From positions 2,720,001 to 2,784,000 of the forward strand of contig OY968762.1 in the NCBI GenBank assembly GCA_963695225.1: a DNA stretch of 64,000 nt, given 5' to 3'. Positions 38,944 through 47,652 of the stretch are shown here, one piece after another; positions within the stretch are counted from its first letter, which is position 1, and every line of letters begins with the position of its first letter. This DNA is from Vulcanimicrobiota bacterium. Its GTDB lineage: Bacteria; Vulcanimicrobiota; Vulcanimicrobiia; Vulcanimicrobiales; Vulcanimicrobiaceae. Both the position numbers and the translations under genes were made by a program. Below the pieces are notes generated by a model. It was not told where the DNA came from and searched no databases. It saw only the letters and a program-made list of their open reading frames with translations.

Positions 38944-41489
38944 GCGGCGTGAAGGCGCGGACGCGCCGCGCGTTTCGTCGCAGCTTCGCACTCGTTCTGG
39001 CGATCTGGCAGGTTGCCGTGCTCGCCGTATGCGCGGGCGCGCCGCAACCGGCTTCGGCCGCAACCGCGGGGTATTGCGGAACGCCCGCGAACGACGGCTC
39101 GCCGGGTTCGATCACGGGCATCGTGAACACGTATTACGCCGGGCCTGCAGGCACCGTGAGCGCGGGATCGAGCACGATCGTTCTCGGTACGCGAAACTCA
39201 AAAGGCAGCGGGACCGCGATTGCCAAGAACGACCTGCTGCTCGTCATGCAGATGCAGGACGGCAGTTCGATGAGCGTCGCGAACACCACCGCGTACGGAA
39301 CGGGAGCGACGGCCGCCGGAACCTACGAGTACGCCAGAGCGCAGAGCGTTTCGGGCTCGACGGTCACGCTCGCGAATCCGCTGCTCCACAGCTATTCGGA
39401 AAACGCGGCACAAGGCCAAACCTATCAAATCGTTCGCGTCCCGCAGTACGGCTCGACGACGCTCACCTCGGGGTTGACTGCGGCACCTTGGGACGGGCAG
39501 AGCGGGGGCGTGCTCGCGATCGACGTGGCGGCGACGTTGGCGCTCGGCGGGGCCACGGTCTCCGTCAGCGGGTTGGGCTTCCGCGGGGGCGGCGCTAACG
39601 AATACACCGGCGGCGCCGGCCTGCTGACCGATTACGTCACCTCCGATACCGTCGCGACGAACGCGGAAAAGGGCGAAGGCATCGGCGGCACGCCGCTTTG
39701 GGTCTACAACAGCAGCACGGGCGATAGCAAGGTGACGGACACGCTGCCCTCGACGGGCGCATCGTTCGGGAAAGGGGCGCCGCTGAACGCCGGCGGCGGC
39801 GGGACGGACAACAATCCGTCCGCCAACGACGAGAACACGGGCGGCGGCGGAGGAGGCAACGGAGGCGCGGGCGGACAGGGCGGCTGGAATTGGTCGCCGA
39901 TCTATCCGACGCTCTATAGTGCTTCGAACCCGACCGGCGTGAACGAGACGCTCAACGCGGACAATTCTACGGGGACGGGGGGAGTCGGCGGCCACGCCTT
40001 CGCCGCCTCTGCGAATCGGATCGTGATGGGCGGCGGCGGGGGTGCGGGGACCGACAACAACAGCGCTCCCCCGCAGTCGAGCGGAGGGCCCGGCGGCGGC
40101 ATCGTGTTGATCCAGGCCGGGGCCGTCTCGGGGACGGGGACGATTGCGGCGAACGGCGCGAGCGGCGTCACGCCCGCGAACGACGGCGGCGGCGGAGGCG
40201 GCGCGGGCGGCACCGTCGTCGTGCTCGCCAAGGGCGGGCTCGGCGGCCTCTCCGCCGCCGCCGCCGGCGCGGCGGGAACGAATGCCAACGCGGGCGCCAC
40301 GAGCGGGTATCACGGGCCGGGCGGCGGCGGCGGCGGCGGTGTCGTCCTTACCTCGGCGGCCGTGACGAGCAACGTCGCGGGCGGTCAGAACGGCCTCACC
40401 GGAGCCGGCACGAACGTGGCCTACGGCGCGGCGCCGGGTTCGAGCGGGTTCGCCGCGACGGCCGCGGTGGCGGCGCCCGACGGCGCGCAGCCGGGCGAAG
40501 CCTGCATGTACTCCGTCGTGACGGGCCCGTACGGCGCGCCTGCGGCGATCGGCAACTACACGAACGGAACCGCCGACAACATGCACGACTTCACGGTCGC
40601 GGGCTTCGCCTGTGCGAACGGATCCTCCGAATCCAGCGGGAGCTTCAAGTGCAACGTGCCGGCGGCCGGCGTGACGTTCGCCAACACGCTGCAGAACACG
40701 GGGACCGCGAGCGATACTTTCACGCTCGCGGCGAGCTCCGTCCCCGCGGGTTGGACGGTCACGTTCTACAACGCCTCCGCCTGCTCGGGCGGCGGCGCGA
40801 CCTGGCCCACGTGCACGAAGGGGACGCAGATCTCCGCGCCCGTCACCGTCGGCGCGGGGGCGTCGTTCAACTTCCTGACCGTGTTCACCGCGAGCGCCCC
40901 CGTGACGCCGTTCGGCGTGCTCGGAGCGCTCGTCAGCGCGACGGGGAGCGCGCTCGCCGAGAGCAACGCGACGTACGACGAATTCTACCCGGGCGGTCCG
41001 TTGATCGTCGGAAAAGGCAACTACGCATCAACGACCAACTGCGCGGGCGTCGCGAACGGGAGCCAGACGGCGATCTGCCCCGGCGGGACGCTGAATTACG
41101 TCCTCACGTACGCGAACAGCGCTCCGAGTTACTTGGCACCGGGAAGCGCGGCCCTGGGGAACCAGCCGGCCTTCACGACGAATGCGGTCAACCTCTCGAA
41201 CGTCGCAATCGCCGAAGACGGTTCGGCCTCGTGCTCGAGCGGATGCACCGCGTTCGCGAACAACTGGGCGACGGCGAGCTTCGGATTGAACGCCGTCCCG
41301 GTGGATTCGCTCTACGGGGCTAAGACGAGCTACGCGCTCGCGAACGGGACGCAATATGCGAGCGGCACGTATCCCGCCGTCACCGCGGGCTACACGAAAT
41401 TCACGGCGACGCTCAACGCGACCGGAAGCCCCGCGACCGTGAAGCCCGGGGATGCCGGTGCGATCACGTTCAACGTCACGGTGAGGTGA
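38940..41489 (+). CDS. Secreted glycine-rich adhesin-like protein with pilin-like C-terminal domains (putative tip)
   Basis: GTGA-coupled start; signal ending ASA; repeated GGGGG/GGAGG tracts; C-terminal ~330 aa paralogous to that of 31255; ends ITFNVTVR. Confidence 0.8.
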   Translation: MSGVKARTRRAFRRSFALVLAIWQVAVLAVCAGAPQPASAATAGYCGTPANDGSPGSITGIVNTYYAGPAGTVSAGSSTIVLGTRNSKGSGTAIAKNDLLLVMQMQDGSSMSVANTTAYGTGATAAGTYEYARAQSVSGSTVTLANPLLHSYSENAAQGQTYQIVRVPQYGSTTLTSGLTAAPWDGQSGGVLAIDVAATLALGGATVSVSGLGFRGGGANEYTGGAGLLTDYVTSDTVATNAEKGEGIGGTPLWVYNSSTGDSKVTDTLPSTGASFGKGAPLNAGGGGTDNNPSANDENTGGGGGGNGGAGGQGGWNWSPIYPTLYSASNPTGVNETLNADNSTGTGGVGGHAFAASANRIVMGGGGGAGTDNNSAPPQSSGGPGGGIVLIQAGAVSGTGTIAANGASGVTPANDGGGGGGAGGTVVVLAKGGLGGLSAAAAGAAGTNANAGATSGYHGPGGGGGGGVVLTSAAVTSNVAGGQNGLTGAGTNVAYGAAPGSSGFAATAAVAAPDGAQPGEACMYSVVTGPYGAPAAIGNYTNGTADNMHDFTVAGFACANGSSESSGSFKCNVPAAGVTFANTLQNTGTASDTFTLAASSVPAGWTVTFYNASACSGGGATWPTCTKGTQISAPVTVGAGASFNFLTVFTASAPVTPFGVLGALVSATGSALAESNATYDEFYPGGPLIVGKGNYASTTNCAGVANGSQTAICPGGTLNYVLTYANSAPSYLAPGSAALGNQPAFTTNAVNLSNVAIAEDGSASCSSGCTAFANNWATASFGLNAVPVDSLYGAKTSYALANGTQYASGTYPAVTAGYTKFTATLNATGSPATVKPGDAGAITFNVTVR

Positions 41490-42994
41490 ACGGCGTGCGA
41501 GGCGTTGGACGACAGCTCGGATGGATCGCCGCGTTCGCCGCGTGCCTCGCGGTGGCATTGCTCGGTGGGCTCGAACCCGCCGCCGCGGCCTGCGATTCGA
41601 AGATCTACGGCGTCGACGCGAACGGCGCGCTCTACGCGTTCACGCCGCCGTCGTACGCCGCGACGCGCCCCTCCGGGAACCCGACGGTGACGTTCGGCAC
41701 GATCGCGCGCGGCGTCTATTCCGGGAAGATCTACGTCGTGGAGGGGACGAACGCGAATTCGCGCTTGTTTGCGTACGACTTGTCGACGAACACTCAGACG
41801 CAGGTCGGCACGTTCGCGAACTCGTCGTTTCTGTTCGCGTCGGGCTTCGGCATCAACGGGACCGCCTACGCGCTTTCGTCGACCGAGACGTTCTCTTACA
41901 CCGATGCGCCGACGCCGGTCATCACGAAGCTCGGTGCGCCGCAGACGACGAGCGGCCCCGCGATGAGCGCCTTCACGGGCGGCGATTTGGCGGTCGATCT
42001 CAGCAACAACGGGTGGGTCGTGATGTCGAATAACTCGACCCAACTGAGCTATCTCTACCGCGTCACGTTTGGGACGCCGACGCTGCTGACGCCGGTCGCG
42101 CAAGTTACGCTCAACGGAACTTCGTACGCAGAGGCCGATCTCTATTCGCTCGCGTTCGGCGCCGACGGGACGCTCTACACCACGAGCTGGGACAACGGGA
42201 CCCTGTTCTCGATCAACCTGACGACGGGCGCCCTGACGTCGCTCGGGCCGCAGCAGAAGATGGAAGATTTCGCGAGCTGCCCGTTCGCACCGCAGCCGTA
42301 CTTGTCGAAGGCGGGGCCGACGCAAACGGCGGCGGGCGAGTTCATGTCGTACGCGATCGTCGCGGCAAACTCGGCGAGCGCGAACGTCACGGCGACCGGC
42401 CTATCGCTCGCCGACACGGTTCCGGCCGGGATCGCGATCGTTTCGGTTTCGTGCAGCACGGCGAACGGAGCCGTCTGCTCCGGGGCAACGTTCTCCGGCC
42501 AGCAGGTGACGGCGACGGTGGGCAAACTTCCGCCCGGCGGCTCGGCGACGCTCACGATCAACGCGAAGAACGTCTCCCTGCCCCTCGGGACGACGACTAA
42601 CACCGCGACGATGACGTCGGGGAGCGGTTCGCCGTATACCGCAGCGGCCATGACGCTCGTCGTCGCGAACACGGTCGTGAAGACGGTCGCGAACGTCACG
42701 CAGGGAACGGCCGCGACCGCGACCTCCGATACGGGGAATCCCGGCGATACGCTGGAGTACGTCGTCACGTATACGAACATGACGAACGCCGCGCTCGCAG
42801 CCTTCAGCTTGAAGGATCAAGTCCCGCCGAACATGACCTACGTCGCCGGCTCGGCGGCGTGCGTGACGACCCCGAGCGGCCTAACCTGCACGCCCTCGGG
42901 CCCGGCGGGCGGCGTGCTGACCTGGACGTTCACCGGCGGTTCGCTCGCGCCGGGGCAAACGGCCACGGTCAAGTTTCGGGCGAAGATCAACTAG
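41486..42994 (+). CDS. Secreted beta-propeller + DUF11 protein (putative second tip)
   Basis: Signal; propeller-like GDLAVD, SLAFGADGTLY, LFSINLTTG; one complete DUF11 (LSKAG..ADTVP..TTNTATM) and a terminal one ending VKFRAKIN. Confidence 0.82.
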   Translation: MNGVRGVGRQLGWIAAFAACLAVALLGGLEPAAAACDSKIYGVDANGALYAFTPPSYAATRPSGNPTVTFGTIARGVYSGKIYVVEGTNANSRLFAYDLSTNTQTQVGTFANSSFLFASGFGINGTAYALSSTETFSYTDAPTPVITKLGAPQTTSGPAMSAFTGGDLAVDLSNNGWVVMSNNSTQLSYLYRVTFGTPTLLTPVAQVTLNGTSYAEADLYSLAFGADGTLYTTSWDNGTLFSINLTTGALTSLGPQQKMEDFASCPFAPQPYLSKAGPTQTAAGEFMSYAIVAANSASANVTATGLSLADTVPAGIAIVSVSCSTANGAVCSGATFSGQQVTATVGKLPPGGSATLTINAKNVSLPLGTTTNTATMTSGSGSPYTAAAMTLVVANTVVKTVANVTQGTAATATSDTGNPGDTLEYVVTYTNMTNAALAAFSLKDQVPPNMTYVAGSAACVTTPSGLTCTPSGPAGGVLTWTFTGGSLAPGQTATVKFRAKIN

Positions 42995-43001
42995 CCGCGC
43001 G

Positions 43002-43379
43002 TCAGTCGCGCGCGATCACGTCGATTTCGACGGCGGCTCCGCGCGGAAGGCCGGCGACGGCGACCGTCGTGCGGGCCGGCAAATTCGTCGCGAAGAACTC
43101 GCCGTAGACGGCGTTGAACTCGGCGAAATCGTCCATGCTCGCGAGGTAGACCGTCGTCTTCACGACGTCGTCGAGCGAGAGATCCGCCGCTTCGAGCACC
43201 GCGGTGACGTTCTGCATGACGCGCCGCGTTTGCGCCGTGATGTCCCCTTCGACGAGTTGGCCGGTGGCGGGATCGAGCGCGATCTGCCCGCTGCAGAACA
43301 GGAGCTTCCCCGCGCGCACGGCCTGGCTGTACGGGCCGATCGCCGCGGGAGCTTGGTCGGTGGCGATGCGATGTGTCAC
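43002..43379 (-). CDS. ridA: RidA/YjgF-family reactive imine deaminase
   Basis: APAAIGPYSQAV, SGQIALDP, VVKTTVYL, PARTTVAVAGLP..AAVEID; GTG start overlapping the upstream stop. Confidence 0.93.
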   Translation of the reverse strand: MTHRIATDQAPAAIGPYSQAVRAGKLLFCSGQIALDPATGQLVEGDITAQTRRVMQNVTAVLEAADLSLDDVVKTTVYLASMDDFAEFNAVYGEFFATNLPARTTVAVAGLPRGAAVEIDVIARD

Positions 43380-44428
43380 ACGTCCGCGGTTTCGCGCCTG
43401 GTCGGCAGGTCCTCCCAGCGCATCGTCCCCTTGTAGCTCATCGGCGGCTCGACGACGCCGAAATTCGCCTTCGCGAGTTCGGCGACGCGCGCGAGCTCGT
43501 CGGGACGCAGGCGCGGCGTCTCGGGAGCCCGCGCGAACTCGGCGAGCTGTTCGCGGTCGTAGATGTTCGGCAGGACGGACATGACCTTCGGTTCGGCGAG
43601 GAGCCATTGGATCGCCGCCTGCCCGAGCGTCCGATCCGGCGTGACGAGAAAATCGAGCGTCTCGATCTTCTTCAGGCCGTTGATCAGCCACGAGCGGGGG
43701 CGATGGATCCGGTGGTCGTTGCGGTCGAACGTCGTCTCGGCCGTGAACTTCCCCTCGAGCATTCCGCTGGAATGCGGGACGCGGATCAGGTATCCGGTAT
43801 CGACCGAGGCCTCGCGGGAAGCCTCGACCATCGCATCGCCGGGGTGCTGTTCGAGCATGTTCCAGATCATGTGGATGCTCTCGAGCCTGCGCTTCGCGAC
43901 CATCTCGCAGCCTTCCACGAGCCAGCCGATCGCAGGGCCGAACGCGGCGCCGTACATCCGGATCTTCCCCTCGGCCTTGAAGCGCTCGAGGAGCGCGAAG
44001 AGTTCGTCGTTTTCGACCTCCGAGAGCCTCGCGTTGTGGATCTGGTAGATGTCGATCGTCTCGGTTTCGAGGCGGCGCAGTGATTCTTCGAGCGCACGAC
44101 GCACGTACGCCGGGGAGAAGTCCTGCGCGATCGCCTGCTGCCCGCGCCGCTCGCCGCCGTGGCTGTAGAAGTCGTATCCGAACTTCGTCGCGTAGACGAC
44201 GTCGCCGCGCCGGCCGCCGAAGGCCCGGGCTAGCTGGGTCTCGCTCCGTCCGTTCCCGTACGTGTCCGCGGCGTCGTAGAGCGTGATCCCGAGTTCCAGG
44301 GCTTCGCGCAGGAGGCGGACGGCTTCGTCGTCGCCCATGTCCCCCCACCAGCCGGTCGAGGTCGTCCAGAGCCCGAAGCCGACCTCGCTGACGGTCACGC
44401 CGGAGTTCGGGTACGTACGATACTTCAT
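43376..44428 (-). CDS. Aldo/keto reductase
   Basis: VSEVGFG, DAADTYGNG.SE, ATKFG, SLRRL.TETID.YQIH; GAGG RBS before ATG 44428. Confidence 0.92.
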   Translation of the reverse strand: MKYRTYPNSGVTVSEVGFGLWTTSTGWWGDMGDDEAVRLLREALELGITLYDAADTYGNGRSETQLARAFGGRRGDVVYATKFGYDFYSHGGERRGQQAIAQDFSPAYVRRALEESLRRLETETIDIYQIHNARLSEVENDELFALLERFKAEGKIRMYGAAFGPAIGWLVEGCEMVAKRRLESIHMIWNMLEQHPGDAMVEASREASVDTGYLIRVPHSSGMLEGKFTAETTFDRNDHRIHRPRSWLINGLKKIETLDFLVTPDRTLGQAAIQWLLAEPKVMSVLPNIYDREQLAEFARAPETPRLRPDELARVAELAKANFGVVEPPMSYKGTMRWEDLPTRRETADV

Positions 44429-44505
44429 GCCAACCTCACTCTGAAGGAGAAGGAACGTCCGGCGCAGCCAGGGCGTCACACCGAGGACCGAAGAGGGGAA
44501 TTGGA

Positions 44506-44706
44506 TTGACGATCGCCGCGCTCCATACATTCGCGGGGCGCCCCGTCCGCGTGCGGCTCGACGACGAATCCGAGCACGTGGGGCGCCTGCGCACGGATCT
44601 GCTCACCGAGCGGTCCCTCTCCGTATACCTCGCCCGCGACGGCGACGACGGTACGACGCTGTACATAGACCACATCATCGGGGTATGGCCCATTTCGGAA
44701 CGGTGA
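44506..44706 (+). CDS. Small hypothetical protein, possible Sm-like fold
   Basis: AGAGGGG upstream of TTG; 66 aa with a beta-strand pattern; fills the intergenic gap. Confidence 0.6.
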   Translation: MTIAALHTFAGRPVRVRLDDESEHVGRLRTDLLTERSLSVYLARDGDDGTTLYIDHIIGVWPISER

Positions 44707-44878
44707 CCTAGCGCACGAGTCATTCCTACTTTTGACATTAGGGACAACTTCTGCCCGCCCGCGCCACGCGCCTCGCGCAGGTGAAGGACTAAGCTCCCGG
44801 CGAGTTCGCTCGCTCCGCTCAGGAAGAGGGGCAGAGGCATTGAAAGAGTGCGTTCTCCGGCGTTCGAAACGTTGCCCC

Positions 44879-46306
44879 ATGCCTTCCGACGATGTTGATT
44901 TCGCGCGCGTCACGGCCTGGATCGAGAGCTACCTGAAGGACGGCCGCGAGTACCCCGTGTTCTCCCGCGCGAAGCCCGGCGATCTGATCCGCGCGCTGCC
45001 GGAGACGGCCCCGGAAGGGCCGGCCCCGTTCGAGGATATCTTCGCCGATTTCGAACGGCTGATCGTTCCCGGGATCACGCACTGGAATCATCCCCGTTTC
45101 TTCGCGTATTTTGCAATCAGCTCGACGCAGGCCGGGGTTGCAGCCGAAGCGCTCGCCGCCGCGCTCGACGTCAATGCGATGCTCTGGCGCACCTCGCCCG
45201 CCGCGACCGAGCTCGAAGACGTCGTGCTCGCGTGGCTGCGCGAGCTGCTCGGGCTCGACCGCGGCCTGCACGGGATCATCTACGACACCGCCTCGATCAG
45301 CGGGTTTACCGCGCTCGCGACCGCGCGCGATGCGCTCGGCCTCGAAATCCGGGAGAAGGGGATGGCGGGGCGAGCCGATCTTCCTCCGCTGCGCGTGTAC
45401 CTCACGCACGAGACGCATTCGCACATTGAGAAAGGCGCGATCGCGCTCGGGATCGGCCGCGAGAACGTCGTGCGCGTCGCGGTCGACGAGCGCTTCCGCA
45501 TGATCCCGGAGGCGCTCGAGAACGCGCTGCGCGAAGATCTCGCGCGGGGCTTGCGCCCGATGTGCATCGCCGCGACCGTCGGGACGACGTCCACGACCTC
45601 CGTGGATCCGGTTCCGGCGATCGCCGAGATCGCCAAGCGCTACGGCGTGTGGCTGCACGTCGACGCGGCCTGGGCCGGGCCCGCCGCGATCCTCCCGGAG
45701 TTTCGCTCGCTGCTCGACGGTTGCGAGCTCGCGGATTCCGTGACCGTGAACCCGCACAAGTGGATGTTCATCCCGGTCGATCTCTCCGTGCTCTTCGTGC
45801 GCGAGCCGGAGCGGGTGCGGCGCGCGTTCAGCCTCGTCGCGGACTACCTCGCGACGCCCGAGACCGGCGTGCGCAACTATATGGATTACGGCCTGCAGCT
45901 CGGGCGGCGCTTTCGCGCGCTCAAGCTGTGGTTCACGCTGCGTCACTTCGGCGCCGCCGAGATCCGCGCGACGCTGCGCGGGCACATCGCGCTCGCGCAG
46001 GAGTTCGCGAGCTGGGTGGAGGCCGAGCCCGATTGGGAAATCGCGGCGCCCCATCCGCTCTCGGTCACGTGCTTCCGTTTTGCGCCGAAAGGCGTCTCGC
46101 CGGAGACGCTCGACGCGTGGAACGCGCGCATCGTCGACGAGATCAACGCGAGCGGCGAGGTCTTCCTTTCGACGACGAAACTGCACGGCCGCACGGTTCT
46201 GCGGCTGGCGATCGGCAACGCCCGCACCACGCGCGAGGACGTGGCGCTCGCGTGGCGATTGCTGCGCGAAGCCGCCGCCCGCCTCGGAGCGCCCGCCGTT
46301 CAGTAG
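44879..46306 (+). CDS. Group II PLP-dependent decarboxylase (aromatic-L-amino-acid decarboxylase-like)
   Basis: PGITHWNHPRFFAYF, SPAATELE, WLHVDAAWAG, NPHKW, GRRFRALKLW. Confidence 0.92.
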   Translation: MPSDDVDFARVTAWIESYLKDGREYPVFSRAKPGDLIRALPETAPEGPAPFEDIFADFERLIVPGITHWNHPRFFAYFAISSTQAGVAAEALAAALDVNAMLWRTSPAATELEDVVLAWLRELLGLDRGLHGIIYDTASISGFTALATARDALGLEIREKGMAGRADLPPLRVYLTHETHSHIEKGAIALGIGRENVVRVAVDERFRMIPEALENALREDLARGLRPMCIAATVGTTSTTSVDPVPAIAEIAKRYGVWLHVDAAWAGPAAILPEFRSLLDGCELADSVTVNPHKWMFIPVDLSVLFVREPERVRRAFSLVADYLATPETGVRNYMDYGLQLGRRFRALKLWFTLRHFGAAEIRATLRGHIALAQEFASWVEAEPDWEIAAPHPLSVTCFRFAPKGVSPETLDAWNARIVDEINASGEVFLSTTKLHGRTVLRLAIGNARTTREDVALAWRLLREAAARLGAPAVQ

Positions 46307-47652
46307 ATGCGCAGGTAGGCTTCTCGCTCCCAAGGATGCACGGCGCGCCGGTAGCGTTCGTATTCGGCGAGCTTCGCGTCGCGGAACGCGTGATAGATGT
46401 GGTCGCCGAGCGCGCCGCGCACGATCGGATCCGCATCCAGCTCCACGATCGCCTGACGCAGCGATTTCGGGAGCAGGCGGATGCGCCGCTCGCTGCGCGC
46501 GCGGTCGGTGAGATCGTACGTCGAGCCCGTCAGCGGATCGCCCGGGAGCGTGTGCTGCCGGATGCCGTTCGCCATGCTCGTGACGAGCACGGCGAGCGCG
46601 AGATACGGATTGCAGGAGGGGTCGGCGCTGCGCACTTCCAAGCGCGGGCGGCCGGGATCCTCGGAGGGGATGCGCACGAGCGAGTTGGCGCTGCGATAGG
46701 ACCAGGCCGTGTAGATCGGCGCGTCCCAGGCGGCGACGAGGCGCTTGTACGAATTCACGAGCGGGTTGCAGATCGCGGTGAACGCGGGCGCGTGCGCCAG
46801 CAAACCGCCGATCGCGAAGAGCGTCTCTTGGTGCAGCTCGCCCTCGGCGAGCGGCGCTTCGTCGATGCCGGCGGAGCTCGGCAACGTGAAGTAGACGTGG
46901 ACGCCGCTCCCGGCAAGCGATTCGAGCGGCTTCGGCATGAACGTCGCAAACAGCCCGTACGCGCCGGCGATGTGCTTCGCGGCGATGCGCGCCGTGATCA
47001 GGCTGTCGGCGGTCGCGAGGATCCCGGCGTCCTTGAAATCGATCTCGTGTTGTCCGGCCCCGTGCTCGTGATGCGCGCTCGCGATCCCGATGCCCATCGC
47101 CTCGAGGGCCGAGACGATCGCAATGCGCGCGTCTTCGCCTTTATCGATCGCGGAGTGATCGAAGTACGAGCCGCAGTCGGAGCTCGGCGGGCGCGGATCC
47201 CCGGCGCCCTCGAGCTCGAACAGATAGAACTCGAGCTCGAGACCGCTCTGCACGCCGCGCAGCACGTCACGCGAATCCTCGATCACGCGCTTGAGCGTCG
47301 TGCGCGGGCAGCCCTCGAACGGCTCGCCGTCCGCCGTCACGATGTCGCAGATCAAGCGCGCCTCGACGGCGCCTCCGCTCGACCACGGCGCGACCGCGAA
47401 CGTCGCGGGATCGGGCCGCAGCACCATGTCCGCTTCTTCGCCGCGCACGAAGCCGTCGATCGAGCCGCCGTCGAACGTGACTCCGCCTTCGAGCGCGCGT
47501 TCGAGCTCGCCGGCGGGGATCGTGACGTTCTTGCTGACGCCGAGGATATCCACGAACGTCAGCCGCACGAAGCGCACTTCGCGCTCGCGCGCGATGCGCA
47601 GGATGTCGCGCTTGTTCGGCGCTTTCTTTTCGTTAACGTGCGTTGAGTGCAT
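46300..47652 (-). CDS. Glutamine synthetase type I-family protein with active-site substitutions
   Basis: FDGGSIDGFVR, ELEFYLF, HHE..GQHEI, TFMPKP, NSYKRL, RLEVRSADP..NPYL. Confidence 0.88.
   Translation of the reverse strand: MHSTHVNEKKAPNKRDILRIAREREVRFVRLTFVDILGVSKNVTIPAGELERALEGGVTFDGGSIDGFVRGEEADMVLRPDPATFAVAPWSSGGAVEARLICDIVTADGEPFEGCPRTTLKRVIEDSRDVLRGVQSGLELEFYLFELEGAGDPRPPSSDCGSYFDHSAIDKGEDARIAIVSALEAMGIGIASAHHEHGAGQHEIDFKDAGILATADSLITARIAAKHIAGAYGLFATFMPKPLESLAGSGVHVYFTLPSSAGIDEAPLAEGELHQETLFAIGGLLAHAPAFTAICNPLVNSYKRLVAAWDAPIYTAWSYRSANSLVRIPSEDPGRPRLEVRSADPSCNPYLALAVLVTSMANGIRQHTLPGDPLTGSTYDLTDRARSERRIRLLPKSLRQAIVELDADPIVRGALGDHIYHAFRDAKLAEYERYRRAVHPWEREAYLRIY

Noticed and set aside
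35554..39063. Long antisense or alternate-frame ORFs (also 2184-3929, 19349-21283, 31186-33117, 53760-55661 and others)
   Set aside because: Typical high-GC shadows with R/A/G/P-rich composition and no motifs, opposite well-supported genes.
30710..42994. Operon as a classical chaperone-usher, type IV/Tad, curli or sortase pilus
   Set aside because: No PapD/PapC motifs, class III signal peptides, ATPase, CsgA/G repeats, LPxTG or sortase were recognisable.
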